Counted from the first letter of the stretch, positions 39,545 to 50,046 are shown. The stretch is DNA of 64,000 nucleotides from an uncultured Actinomycetes bacterium (GCA_963847665.1 CAWKAO010000003.1:569362-633361), one strand, 5' to 3'. The notes: generated from the letters alone by a model not told the origin. Translations and numbers: made by a program.

Positions 39545-40599
39545 CTAATTGATCTTTCTTACTGAACCCCTTATTACGAGGTGAGGGTCAAAGACTATTT
39601 TTTCAATCACCTTTTTGTTTGGGTTCTCGATATTTTCTATCAATATCCTTGCACTCTGTATGCCTATCCTTCTCTGGGCTGGTGGATAGTTGTGAGCGGA
39701 GGGGTTAATGCGCTCGTGACTTTGATATTGTCATAGCCTATGATGCTGTAATTTACTGGAATATTAAAATGAAGTTCATTTGCTACACTGTAGACTCCCA
39801 GGGCTAAAAGGTCACTGATTGTCAGTATACTGGTAAAATCCAGGCTTAAGTTCTGTTCATTCTCAGTAAGCAGGTTTTTAAAGACTCCATAACCGCCATC
39901 CATTGAGAGTTCTTTTGCCCTCAGTATCAGATCTTCCCGCGGTTTCAGGCCATGCTTTTTCATGGTCCTGAAAAATGATTCGACATACTGTCCGGCAAGG
40001 GAAGTATCGTAAGGGCCGATAAAAAGCAGGATGTTTTTATGGCCATTATTTATTAAATATTCAAGAGCGATTTCGGCACCCTTCCCATGGTCGGTATATA
40101 CATAGCTGATATTTTCATATCTGGGTAGACAGTCCAGTATAACGGTGTTTATGTTGTTTTCTATCAGAAATTCTATATTTTTACTTTTATCATCAATGGG
40201 TGAAATAATTATCCCGTCTACTCTTTTGGAAAGCATAGACAAGATATTTCTTCGCTCACGTTCATTGTCATAGTTCGAATAGCTCACAAGCATTGAGAAT
40301 TTTTGCTCATTTAACACTTCCCCTATAGAGCTTAAGACTTCTGTATAAAAAGGGTTGTTGAGGTCGTTTAAAATAACGCCTATGGTATTTGTCCTGTTCT
40401 GCCTTAGTCCCCTTGCAAGTGAATCCGGATAATAGTTATATTCTTCTGCCAGCTTTGTTATTTTTTCTATTGTCTCCGGGCTGGTCCTCGGGTCATTTGA
40501 TAGAGCCCTTGAGACAGTTGAAGGGGCGACCCCTGCGATTTTTGCGAGATATTTAATAGTGACTTTTTGGTGGTTTAAATTTTCATCTGTACTTGACAT
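39545..40599 (-). pseudogene. LacI-family transcriptional regulator, frameshifted near 39660-39670
   Basis: N-terminal HTH (IKYLAKIAGVAPSTVSRALSN) and a sugar-binding domain run through TTIHQPREG*. The conserved LacI C-terminus (GIQSARILIENI...VIRGSVRKIN) continues in another frame to 39545. Confidence 0.75.
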
Positions 40600-40630
40600 A
40601 AAAAAAGTAAGATCCTATAATACAATCGTT

Positions 40631-40644
40631 TCCACAATTGTGGA
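40631..40644 (+). promoter_or_regulatory. 14-bp perfect palindrome TCCACAATTGTGGA in the divergent LacI/methyltransferase intergenic region (candidate operator)
   Basis: Perfect dyad flanked by partial AATCG..CGATT symmetry. It lies between the divergent LacI-family gene and the methyltransferase operon. Confidence 0.35.
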
Positions 40645-40730
40645 ATCGATTTAAATTCTATATTTCATTGTATGTTTTGTCAATAAATCTTTTATCTACA
40701 GTAATTAATATTAAAAGAAGGTATAACAAA

Positions 40731-41819
40731 ATGCAATTTGAGAATCTAGGTTTTACCCCCGACAAGAAAAGACTGCTTTCAGCTTTAGGAGACGAGATAC
40801 CTGATAAGGTCCCGCTTTTTGACAACTATATCGATGATAAGATCGTAGAAAACATACTCGGTTATAATGCTGGTAATACCTGTGCAGCAGTCGGTGATCC
40901 ATTCAGAGGTGATGAGAGGGCAATAGTCGAAGGTGATGTCTGTGTTCCCATGGATCCTAAGGATTTTATAAAGCTCTGCAATACAATCTGCCAGGATACG
41001 ATCATGCTTGAGCATGCATTCGTTCCTTACAGGATAATAGGTAAAAGCGGCAGGCCCGAAATTATAAATGATGGCAGGATAAAAAACAGGAAAGACTGGG
41101 CAAAAGTCATAATACCCTCAGATGATGATATCAATGAGAGGCTGTTTTACCTGAAAAATTATTTAGAAGCCGTAAAAGGAACTGAAATAGCGGTTACCCT
41201 CCAGACTGGTAATTTTTTTCTCACACATTATCATAACCTGAATGGCTCAGATTTCTTTTCACTTATCTATGACGACCCTGCTCTTGTCCAGGAGATGCTT
41301 ACAGTATCGACAGACTATTTTTCAAAATATGTAAAGGAAGCGCTAAAGCTGGGTTTTGATGTTTTTATGGCCGGTGATGATGTCGCATATAAGAACGGAC
41401 TAATGATAAACCCGGAACATTTCAAGAAGCTTTATAAACCTTTAGCCGAAAAAATATATGAACCGGTACTTAACGCAAATATCCCGATCATGTTTGATTG
41501 CGACGGAAATCCTGAAGAAATAATAGGTATGATAATCGAGCTTGGGTGCAGCTGCCTGTTCCCGATAGATGCAAATGGCATGGATTATAGAGCTGCCAAG
41601 AAAAAATATGGCAAGAAGCTCTGCCTCTATGGAGCAATAGACACGGACCCTCTAATAAGAAATTCAGCCAAAGAAGTCGAGGCTTATGTAAAAGAAGTCG
41701 TCGAAACGATGAAAGTAGGAGGTAAGTATATTGCAGGGACAGTCAGTTCGGTAAACGAGATACCGTTTGAAAACTATGTAACAATGATAAATACAATACA
41801 TAAATACGGGCAATATTAA
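40731..41819 (+). CDS. URO-D superfamily methyltransferase (MtaA/MtbA/CmuA-like corrinoid-dependent methyltransferase)
   Basis: About 360 aa after the internal start MQFENLGF. The profile matches uroporphyrinogen-decarboxylase-like methylcobamide methyltransferases, and the gene sits first in an operon with MttB homologs and a corrinoid protein. Confidence 0.65.
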   Translation: MQFENLGFTPDKKRLLSALGDEIPDKVPLFDNYIDDKIVENILGYNAGNTCAAVGDPFRGDERAIVEGDVCVPMDPKDFIKLCNTICQDTIMLEHAFVPYRIIGKSGRPEIINDGRIKNRKDWAKVIIPSDDDINERLFYLKNYLEAVKGTEIAVTLQTGNFFLTHYHNLNGSDFFSLIYDDPALVQEMLTVSTDYFSKYVKEALKLGFDVFMAGDDVAYKNGLMINPEHFKKLYKPLAEKIYEPVLNANIPIMFDCDGNPEEIIGMIIELGCSCLFPIDANGMDYRAAKKKYGKKLCLYGAIDTDPLIRNSAKEVEAYVKEVVETMKVGGKYIAGTVSSVNEIPFENYVTMINTIHKYGQY

Positions 41820-41839
41820 GATAAAGGGAAAGGACACAG

Positions 41840-43270
41840 ATGGCAAAAATGGAAGATTACAGGCTTGAAGGTGGCCTGTCAAAACAACAGATGGACCTGA
41901 TGCATGAGAAGGCACTGTGGCTTGTAGAAAATGAAGGGATTCATGTTCCTCACAGGGGTATTTTAAGTCTGCTTTCAGACCATGATGGAGTGAAGATAGA
42001 GGGGGAGACTGTTAAATTTAAATCCGATCTTGTAATGGCCGCTTTAAAGAATGCAAAGTTTCCACTTCCTGAATATGCAAAAGGACCTGATAATTGGGTC
42101 ATCTCTGCGGGTGCACACCAGACAAAGATCTTTGATCTGGAAACAAGAGTATTACGGGAAGCTAAGTTATCTGATCTGGTCGACATGATAAAACTAGGAG
42201 ATGCTTGCGACACAGTGGGTTCAGCTCCTCTTGTACCACTGGATGTACCCCCATATCTTGCAGAGATCTATATGCACAAAACTGCTTATGAATATTCCAG
42301 GTTTAGGGCTAATGATATGTTTGAACATGACCCCAGGCCAACTATAGAAGCTGCAGAGTATATATATGAGATGTCAAAAGTGGCTAAAAAATGGTTTGCG
42401 ATAGGTCTCTATATGATAAGCCCAAGGGGGTTTGATAAAAAAGAACTGGATATAGTCTACAGGTTTTTGGACCGGGGTGTACCGATGTGGGCAGGGACAC
42501 TACCTATTGCAGGAGTAAATGCCCCCATTACGATGATAGGAGCAATGATCCAGAGCATGTTTGAGACTTTTGGATGCCTTGCAATGTTGAACCTGATAAA
42601 TACAAAATCATATAATTACATCCAGGTCATAGACAGTTTTATTGCTCATCCTTTTGATATGAAATATTCGACATTTACCTATGGTTCTGCTGAAGACATA
42701 CAGGGAGCCCTATACAAGATTTCTCTCCATAAATATTACGGTATTCCGATTTCTATAAAATCACTCCTCACCAATGGCAAAGAACCTGGAGATGCACAAT
42801 CTGCATTTGAAATAGCCGCTTTTACTCTTTCAGCAGCCCTGGCAGGAGCAAGGATATTCAGGTGTGCAGGCCTGATGTCAAGTGGCGAGACATATTCTGG
42901 AGAGCAGGTCGTGATTGCCAAAGAGACCGTCGATTATATTAAGAACCTTATAAAATCAAGGGAGTTCTCTGATGAAAGACTGATGGTAGAAGAAATTGCT
43001 GCAGTAAAAGCTGGGCAAAGCTTCATCGGAAGAAAAAGCACCATAGACCATTACAGGACAGAATACTGGCAGCCGGACCTGTTTACGCATTCAAATCTTG
43101 GTCAGTGGCAGGAAATGGGTTCCAGGTCCCTCTGGGATAATGCAAATGCTAAGGTAAAAAAACTGATTAAAGAACACTCTTATATGATAGAAATGGATAA
43201 GAAGCAAGAACTGGATAAGATACTTGAAACAGCGAAAAAAGATACAAAACTTATGGCTGCATATAACTAA
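41840..43270 (+). CDS. MttB-superfamily (trimethylamine-methyltransferase-like) substrate:corrinoid methyltransferase, non-pyrrolysine type
   Basis: 476 aa, the length of MttB/MtgB-family proteins. Uninterrupted ORF with no in-frame TAG. Adjacent to a B12-binding corrinoid protein. About 50-60% identical to the next ORF by eye. Confidence 0.7.
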   Translation: MAKMEDYRLEGGLSKQQMDLMHEKALWLVENEGIHVPHRGILSLLSDHDGVKIEGETVKFKSDLVMAALKNAKFPLPEYAKGPDNWVISAGAHQTKIFDLETRVLREAKLSDLVDMIKLGDACDTVGSAPLVPLDVPPYLAEIYMHKTAYEYSRFRANDMFEHDPRPTIEAAEYIYEMSKVAKKWFAIGLYMISPRGFDKKELDIVYRFLDRGVPMWAGTLPIAGVNAPITMIGAMIQSMFETFGCLAMLNLINTKSYNYIQVIDSFIAHPFDMKYSTFTYGSAEDIQGALYKISLHKYYGIPISIKSLLTNGKEPGDAQSAFEIAAFTLSAALAGARIFRCAGLMSSGETYSGEQVVIAKETVDYIKNLIKSREFSDERLMVEEIAAVKAGQSFIGRKSTIDHYRTEYWQPDLFTHSNLGQWQEMGSRSLWDNANAKVKKLIKEHSYMIEMDKKQELDKILETAKKDTKLMAAYN

Positions 43271-43307
43271 AGTGTTTTGATTTAAAAGTCTTGGAATCAA
43301 GGGAGGT

Positions 43308-44744
43308 TTGATGAAGTTAGAAGAATATAAAGTGAGTGGAGGTTTAAATAAGGAGCAGCTTGATAAGATGAATGAAAATGCATTGTGGTTGTGTGAACAT
43401 GTCGGGATAAATATACCACATGCTGGCATAATAGATATCCTTTCAAGCTATGAAGGAGTAAAGGTCGAAAGTGGAAATTATGTAAGATTCAGTCCAGACC
43501 TTGTAATAAATGCTTTAAAAGAAGCCAAATATGACCTTCCAGAATATGCAAAAGATGAATGGATAATCTCTGCAGGAGCCCACCAGACTGCATGCTATGA
43601 CCTCGATAATATAGGGAGGCTTAAAGAGGCTGAGACAAAGGATCTGATTAATTTTATAAAATTAGGAGATGCTTTAGATACTGTAGGCTCTGCACCTGTT
43701 GTACCACTGGATGTACCTACTCATCTACAGCATATATTGATGCATAAAGTCGCATATGAGAATTCAAGAAGAAGATGCAATGATATTTTTGAGCATATGG
43801 ATAAGCCTACATACGAGTGTGCCATGTATGTCAATGAAATGGCCAAAGTTGCAGGAAAGAGATTTGCGTTTGGAATATGGATGATAAGTCCGCAATCCTT
43901 TGATGCAAAGAATCTGGAGGTTGCTTACAAGATGCTAGATAAAGGTGTACCTATGTGGGTCGCAACAATGCCTGTTGCAGGGGTATCGGCACCGATTACC
44001 ATGCTAGGTGCAGTACAGCAGAGTGTTTTTGAGTATCTCGCAGGTCTTACCATGCTTAATCTAATAAATAAAAAATCCTTTAATTACATTTCTCCTAACG
44101 ATGCATTTGAAGCAGATGCATTTGATATGAAATATTCCACTTTTGTCTATGGTTCAGTCGAATATACGGAACATACTTTATACCAGATCCCGCTCTGCAA
44201 TTACTATAATGTACCTGTTATGACCAAGGCCGCTCTGACAAATTCAAAGCAACCTGATGGCCAGGCAGCAGCAGAGATAGGCATGCATACGCTGATAGCA
44301 TCACTTATGGGGGCCAGAGCGTTCAGATGTGCCGGACTTCTTTCAAGCGGTGAAATATATTCAGGAGAATGGCTGGTTATAAATAAAGAGATAGTCGACT
44401 ATGTAAAAACTATACTTAAACCGCAGGAATTTTCCGAGGAAAGGTTATTAATCGATGAAATAGCTGCAGTAAAGGCTGGAGGTAGTTTTATAGGAAGAAA
44501 GAGCACAATGCAGCTTTTCAGGCAGGAATACTGGATGCCCGAGCTCTTTACCCATATGAACCTTGGACAATGGCAGGAAGCCGGTTCGAAGACGATGTGG
44601 CAGTACGCTCTCGACAGGGCCAAGAAATTAATAAAAGAGCACACTTATCAGATAGATCCTGATAAGAAAAAAGAGCTGGATAAGATATATGAAGCTGCAA
44701 AAAAAGATGCCAAGCTTGAAGATTCTTTCAGAATAAAAGTATAG
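43308..44744 (+). CDS. MttB-superfamily methyltransferase, second tandem paralog
   Basis: 478 aa, colinear with the preceding ORF (shared blocks AGAHQT, LGDA.DTVGSAP.VPLDVP, GRKST...YW.P.LFTH.NLGQWQE). Confidence 0.7.
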   Translation: MMKLEEYKVSGGLNKEQLDKMNENALWLCEHVGINIPHAGIIDILSSYEGVKVESGNYVRFSPDLVINALKEAKYDLPEYAKDEWIISAGAHQTACYDLDNIGRLKEAETKDLINFIKLGDALDTVGSAPVVPLDVPTHLQHILMHKVAYENSRRRCNDIFEHMDKPTYECAMYVNEMAKVAGKRFAFGIWMISPQSFDAKNLEVAYKMLDKGVPMWVATMPVAGVSAPITMLGAVQQSVFEYLAGLTMLNLINKKSFNYISPNDAFEADAFDMKYSTFVYGSVEYTEHTLYQIPLCNYYNVPVMTKAALTNSKQPDGQAAAEIGMHTLIASLMGARAFRCAGLLSSGEIYSGEWLVINKEIVDYVKTILKPQEFSEERLLIDEIAAVKAGGSFIGRKSTMQLFRQEYWMPELFTHMNLGQWQEAGSKTMWQYALDRAKKLIKEHTYQIDPDKKKELDKIYEAAKKDAKLEDSFRIKV

Positions 44745-44822
44745 AAGATAAAAATATTATTTGAAAAAAATAGTTATAAAAAATCACTATTAATAACAGT
44801 TAAAAAAATATATGGGAGGTAA

Positions 44823-45446
44823 TTGATGTTCGAAGATCTACAGAAAGCAGTTATCGAAGGAAATGAGGAAGAGGGACTTGCCCTGACAAACAAATATTTA
44901 AAAGATGGAAATAAAGCTGAAGATATTATAAAAGAGGGACTGGTCACAGGAATGAATGTCGTGGGAACAAGGTTTAAAGCCTATGAGATGTATCTTCCTG
45001 AGGTAATAATGTCTGCTAATGCAATGAAAAAATCAATGGAGGTGCTAAAACCTCTTATTGCCGAAGGCAGTGTCACTTCACTGGGAAAAATAGTCATAGC
45101 CACAATAGAAGGTGACCTGCATGATATTGGAAAAAATCTTGTATCGATGATGCTTGAAGGAGCCGGATTTGAACTTATAGATCTGGGAGTAGATGTACCG
45201 ATAGGTAAAATTGCGGATGCTGCAGTAAATAATAATGCAAAACTTGTGGCGATCTCCGCCCTGCTTACAACGACAATGATGGCTATGGAACCGGCGATCA
45301 AGGAGATCAAAAGACGGGATTCCGGAATAAAAGTCATGGTCGGCGGTGCGCCTCTTACAATAGATTTTGCGGAAAAAGCTGGAGCTGATGGTTTCGCACC
45401 TGACGCGCTTCGTGCAATAGACCTGGCAAAAAAATTATTAAACTAA
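44823..45446 (+). CDS. corrinoid (cobalamin-binding) protein of methyltransferase systems (MtgC/MtqC/MttC-like)
   Basis: N-terminal B12-binding helical cap plus a Rossmann B12-binding domain with the DxHxxG motif (GDLHDIGKN). Confidence 0.8.
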   Translation: MMFEDLQKAVIEGNEEEGLALTNKYLKDGNKAEDIIKEGLVTGMNVVGTRFKAYEMYLPEVIMSANAMKKSMEVLKPLIAEGSVTSLGKIVIATIEGDLHDIGKNLVSMMLEGAGFELIDLGVDVPIGKIADAAVNNNAKLVAISALLTTTMMAMEPAIKEIKRRDSGIKVMVGGAPLTIDFAEKAGADGFAPDALRAIDLAKKLLN

Positions 45447-45549
45447 TAAATGGCGATCTCGCAAGAAAATAATTTGATATTTTCATAATAGGGAGGTGAT
45501 GGAAAAAAGATTATTTTGGATTTAATATTACTAAGAAAAGGAGGAAACA

Positions 45550-46977
45550 ATGAAGAAAGCATTACTTATCATTTTGGTAATAGTTTTCACAGTTTCAATG
45601 GTTGCATTCGGAGTAGGCTGCAAACAGCAAGCTGCAGAGATAACTGCAGCTGAGTCGATGAGTGAAGAGACTACTACAGCCGAGACAATGGCTGAAGAAA
45701 CAACTGCAGCAGAAGCCGTAGAACAGAAAGTCTGCAGACTCTGGTTCTGGGGAGAAGATGAAGCTCCGGGGCTTACTGATTTTATGCAGGAAGTCGGGGA
45801 TATGTATACCGAGCAAATCGACCCCAATGTTACATGGGAGATAACACATGTGGATATTGACCAGCTTTATACAGGTTTTTATGCTGCTATAGAGGCAAAA
45901 GATGCACCTGAACTGCATTTGTTATGGGGCGGAGTCTTAGGTCTGGAACCTGCCTGGGCAGGTCTTCTGGCACCTATAAGCGATTATGTATCAGAGGACA
46001 CCCTATCCCACATCAGGCCGATCAACAGACAGGAAGGTTACTGGAACGGACAGCAATGGCTCGTACCCCTTTACCTGGATCCATGGCCATTAGCAATAAA
46101 CAGGCAGGTGTGGACCGACTCAGGTCTTGATCCTGACAATCTACCGGCTACATATGCAGAATTTGTAGAAGCAGTTATAAAAATAAAGGATGCAGGATTT
46201 ACTCCATGGGCTGTTGGTATAAAGGATGGTTACTATGGCGGCTGGTTTCCATCAATTCTTCAGTATCAGTTCTATAACAGCCCAAGTGATTACCACAGAG
46301 CTATAGCTGGTATGGAAGACCTTGGAGCAGCACCACATAGCGACTGGTGGTATCTGCTTGAAGAGCTCTATACTGTAGGTGCTTTTAATTCTGATGTAAA
46401 TTCTTTGAGCCTTGCAGAAGGTCAGGACCTTTTCCTTCAGGGAGATGTCGGAATGGTAATGAATGTTCAACCATCAATATCCTACTACTCTAGGGAGATG
46501 GGCGAAGACATGATAGATGTATTTATTCCACCTGTGGATTCCACAGCGTTTTATGCAGGAAAATGTCCAATACCTATGCAGGCACTTTCTATTCCTGCAG
46601 TAGCTAAGTACAAAGAAGAAGCCGGAAAATTCCTCGAGTTTTTCTACACTGAGGAGATCCAGAATATGCTTTATGAAAAAACTAGCGTATTTCCGGGTTC
46701 TGATTGGCTGGACGGAAATCTTATGAAGAATCCTACTGATGTTAAGCTGTATGACTGGCTCAACAATAATGCTGCAATGACATACGTATGGCAGCATCCA
46801 GGGGCTCTTGAAGAAGCAGCTTACGCTATTACGCAGGAACTGCTTGCAGGAGATATAGATGCGGACCAGGCAGCTCAGAAATATGCAGATGCAGGAGAAA
46901 AGTGGAGAACTGAGAATCCTGAAGCAGTCAAAAACTTTGAGATCTGGGCAAATGAAGATATGCCGTTTATGCCTTAA
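45550..46977 (+). CDS. extracellular solute-binding lipoprotein, ABC family 1 (CUT1-type)
   Basis: Lipobox GVGC, an acidic A/E/T-rich linker, and an SBP_bac_1-like domain. Followed by two MalF/MalG-type permeases. Confidence 0.8.
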   Translation: MKKALLIILVIVFTVSMVAFGVGCKQQAAEITAAESMSEETTTAETMAEETTAAEAVEQKVCRLWFWGEDEAPGLTDFMQEVGDMYTEQIDPNVTWEITHVDIDQLYTGFYAAIEAKDAPELHLLWGGVLGLEPAWAGLLAPISDYVSEDTLSHIRPINRQEGYWNGQQWLVPLYLDPWPLAINRQVWTDSGLDPDNLPATYAEFVEAVIKIKDAGFTPWAVGIKDGYYGGWFPSILQYQFYNSPSDYHRAIAGMEDLGAAPHSDWWYLLEELYTVGAFNSDVNSLSLAEGQDLFLQGDVGMVMNVQPSISYYSREMGEDMIDVFIPPVDSTAFYAGKCPIPMQALSIPAVAKYKEEAGKFLEFFYTEEIQNMLYEKTSVFPGSDWLDGNLMKNPTDVKLYDWLNNNAAMTYVWQHPGALEEAAYAITQELLAGDIDADQAAQKYADAGEKWRTENPEAVKNFEIWANEDMPFMP

Positions 46978-47006
46978 TCTCTATTCAAAGTCAAAAGAAC
47001 TTTAGC

Positions 47007-47036
47007 AGGAAAAGATCTGGTACCGGTAGAATATTA
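47007..47036 (+). terminator. intercistronic stem-loop (12-bp perfect stem) between the SBP and permease genes; partial terminator/attenuator
   Basis: CTGGTACCGGTA gaatat TACCGGTACCAG, followed by a T-rich but interrupted tail. Confidence 0.4.
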
Positions 47037-47081
47037 CCGGTACCAGAAAGAAGTTTGTAGTTTTATTTGGTTATTTAATAT

Positions 47082-47963
47082 ATGAAGAATAAAAAAAGAG
47101 AAAATCTAAAAGGTTTTTTATTTATTGGTCCTACGTTGGTATTTATACTGATAGTATATTTTTATCCACTTGTCCAGAATTTTATTTACAGCCTTAGAGA
47201 CCTGAGTCTTCCCGGAAGGCCTTTTTCAGGTTTCAGGAACTATTACCTTATGTTTAATGATGAGATCTTCTGGATATCCATTAGAAACAATGCAATATTG
47301 ATCTTTGTATTGGTACCTTTACTTGTATTTATATCACTTATATTTTCAGTACTTCTTTTTGAAAGGATAAAAGGTTGGAAGTTTTACCGCGGTACACTGC
47401 TTCTTCCATATATAACATCTATAACTGCAGTCGGTCTTTTCTTTTCCCTCTTTTTCCAGGGTAGAGGAATGCTAAACACTTTCTTCAAATTTATCCATCT
47501 AGACTTCCTGGTAGTAGACTGGCTCGGTTCAACTAAATTCGCCCTGCCTGCGATTATGCTTGTGATTCTATGGAGAGAGTTTGGATTTGGTACGATGCTC
47601 TTTCTTGCAAGGCTGACTACTGTGTCAGAAGAACTTTTTGATGCTGCAAAGATAGATGGTGCAAACTGGTTCCAAAGGCTGATACATGTAGTGATACCAC
47701 AGCTCGGTACTGTTATAGAGTTCTATGTATTCATTATGATAGTCACAATGCTTAGCTGGGTGTTCAATTATGTTTATGTAATGACCCTGGGAGGACCTGC
47801 AAGGAGTACATATGTGACTGAACTTTATATATTCCTGGAGGCATTTAAGATGAACAGGATGGGAGTCGCTGCGGCAGTTTCAATAATGCTTTTTATAATC
47901 ACTGCAGTACTTGCATTTGCATCCTATAAGTTCAGGACGAGGCTTTATCGTGAATACGATTAA
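47082..47963 (+). CDS. ABC transporter permease (MalF/UgpA-like)
   Basis: 6 TM helices with the EAA-loop region (LFDAAKIDGAN). Confidence 0.85.
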   Translation: MKNKKRENLKGFLFIGPTLVFILIVYFYPLVQNFIYSLRDLSLPGRPFSGFRNYYLMFNDEIFWISIRNNAILIFVLVPLLVFISLIFSVLLFERIKGWKFYRGTLLLPYITSITAVGLFFSLFFQGRGMLNTFFKFIHLDFLVVDWLGSTKFALPAIMLVILWREFGFGTMLFLARLTTVSEELFDAAKIDGANWFQRLIHVVIPQLGTVIEFYVFIMIVTMLSWVFNYVYVMTLGGPARSTYVTELYIFLEAFKMNRMGVAAAVSIMLFIITAVLAFASYKFRTRLYREYD

Positions 47964-47977
47964 AGAAAGTTAAATCT

Positions 47978-48847
47978 ATGAAAGACGCAAAAATTAAGAA
48001 AGTAAAACAAAAAATAACAGCCAGAAGAGTCTTTGCAGAGATACTAAGGCAGTTTTTACTTATTGTTGCGGTAGGTATTGTGCTTACTCCAATTGCCTAT
48101 ATTATAATAGCATCTTTCAAGACAAAAATGGATTATGTCAAAAACCAGATCGGATTGCCAAATCCATTTGTCCTGGATAACTACAAAGCACTCTTTGCAG
48201 ATGGCCAGTTACTTATCTGGTTTAAAAATTCAGCAATAGTCACAATAATCTCTGTTGCTTTATCTATTATAATTGCAGCGATAGCTGCATATGCATTTAG
48301 CAGGATAAATTTTATCGGTAGAGAAAAAATATTTAATTTTATAATCGCACTTATGATAATACCGCCAATCGTTATGATAATACCTCTTTTCGTGCTTGCT
48401 ACAAGAGCACACCTTGTAAACACTTACTGGAGCGCAATATTGATCTATACGGGACTTATGCTTCCATTTAACATTTATCTCTTGCGTAATTTCTTTGTGA
48501 CCATCCCTGAGTCTATAGTAGATTCTGCCAGGATGGACGGGTGTGGTGACTGGGGGATCTTCATGAGGATAATAATCCCCCTGTCAAGGTCAGCACTGAT
48601 CACCCTTATAGTCGTCAGTGTGCTCTGGGTCTGGAACGAGCTTCTTATTGCACTTATATTTCTACAGAGAGAAGAGCTTACTACTCTTATGGTAGGCCTG
48701 ATTAGATTTCAGGGAAGGTTCAGGGTAAACCAGCCTGTAATACTTGCTGGCATTTTTGCTTCTATGGTGCCAATGATAATAATCTATCTTATCGGTCAGA
48801 GATTCTTTGTAAGAGGTCTGACAGCTGGTGCCTTGAAGGGTGAATAA
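47978..48847 (+). CDS. ABC transporter permease (MalG/UgpE-like)
   Basis: 6 TM helices with EAA-like DSARMDGCG. Confidence 0.85.
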   Translation: MKDAKIKKVKQKITARRVFAEILRQFLLIVAVGIVLTPIAYIIIASFKTKMDYVKNQIGLPNPFVLDNYKALFADGQLLIWFKNSAIVTIISVALSIIIAAIAAYAFSRINFIGREKIFNFIIALMIIPPIVMIIPLFVLATRAHLVNTYWSAILIYTGLMLPFNIYLLRNFFVTIPESIVDSARMDGCGDWGIFMRIIIPLSRSALITLIVVSVLWVWNELLIALIFLQREELTTLMVGLIRFQGRFRVNQPVILAGIFASMVPMIIIYLIGQRFFVRGLTAGALKGE

Positions 48848-48920
48848 AAAGAAAAAATAATAAAATGTCCGATTTTTGTGATTTAGAATAAAATATCTAA
48901 AAAAAATTCCTGGAGGAGAA

Positions 48921-50046
48921 ATGAAAAAGGATAATAAAAGGACTGTAGAGATCGAAATAAAGATAAAACAGGTTAGGGAAGTCATAGGATCTAATGATCT
49001 TTCAGGAATCCTGCTAACACAACAGTATAATATTTACTGGCTGACGGCGGGAGGCAATAACCATGTCCTCTGGGATGATCAGTATGGTATTATCGGTATC
49101 CTTATAACCAATGACAGAGCTATAGTACTGGCTGAAAACGGTGATATCTGGAGGGTAAGGGATGAGGAATTTTTTAATTATCCTTTCGAATATATTAAAT
49201 ACGAATGGTATGCTTCAAACCATGCAGCTGAAGCAAAAAAGATCGCAGGGAATGGCAGGTTTGGAACTGATTCTTTCAATCCCGGATTTGATGACCAGGT
49301 AGATATCAATCCGTTATTGAGCCCATACAGGTCAGTCTTTCAGCCATATGAGGCCGAGAGGTATTTAAAACATGGCAGGTTCATTGCAAGAGTGATAACA
49401 GATGTATGTATGTCATCCAAACCTGGAATGCGGGAAAACGAGATCGCTGCAATGTTTGCATCTGAAAGCATAAAAAATAACTATACTATATTTGTCCAGC
49501 TTCTAGGCAGCGATGAAAGATCACTCAAATACAGGCATCAGGTCGTTACGGATAAAAGAATGGAAAAGCATTACAGTTTTTGTGGAGTAGCAAGATACCA
49601 GGGATTTACCTATCCTGTCAACAGGGTCGTATCATTTGGAGAGCCGGATAAAAAACTTCAGGAAAACAACAGGAAAATAGAGACTGTTTATGCACTTCTT
49701 AATAAAAATGCGAAAATAGGCACAAACCTCAGTGAAATATATAAAAAACTGCCAGATATTTATGAGACGGCTGGAATTGAAGAAAGATGAATGGAGGAAC
49801 CATTCTATAGGTGGCACAACAGGATACATGCCGCGTGAAAACCAGCTTATGGATGGTGTAGACTACGAAATAAGGGAAAACAATATGATAGGCTGGAACC
49901 CTTCCCTTCCGGGAGTAATGGCTGAAGATGTCTATTTCAGGACTAAAGATGATATGGAGTTTGTCACCTGGGACGACAGGTGGCCCTCACAAAAAGTAGA
50001 TGCTGAAGGTGAAGAGGTGATCCGTCCTGCAATACTGGTCTTATAG
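48921..50046 (+). pseudogene. M24-family creatinase/prolidase-like hydrolase, frameshifted at about 49785 (extra A in an A-run)
   Basis: ORF 48921-49790 has a creatinase-N-like domain plus the start of the pita-bread domain. ORF 49732-50046 carries the C-terminus (WRNHSIGG...). Removing one A from GAAGAAAGATG restores AGIEEDEWRNHSIGG. The canonical metal-binding His/Glu residues are only partly conserved. Confidence 0.7.

Noticed and set aside
41840-44744. Possibility that the MttB homologs are pyrrolysine-containing (in-frame amber)
   Set aside because: Both ORFs run uninterrupted for 476 and 478 codons with no internal TAG. No pylTSBCD genes are seen in the window.
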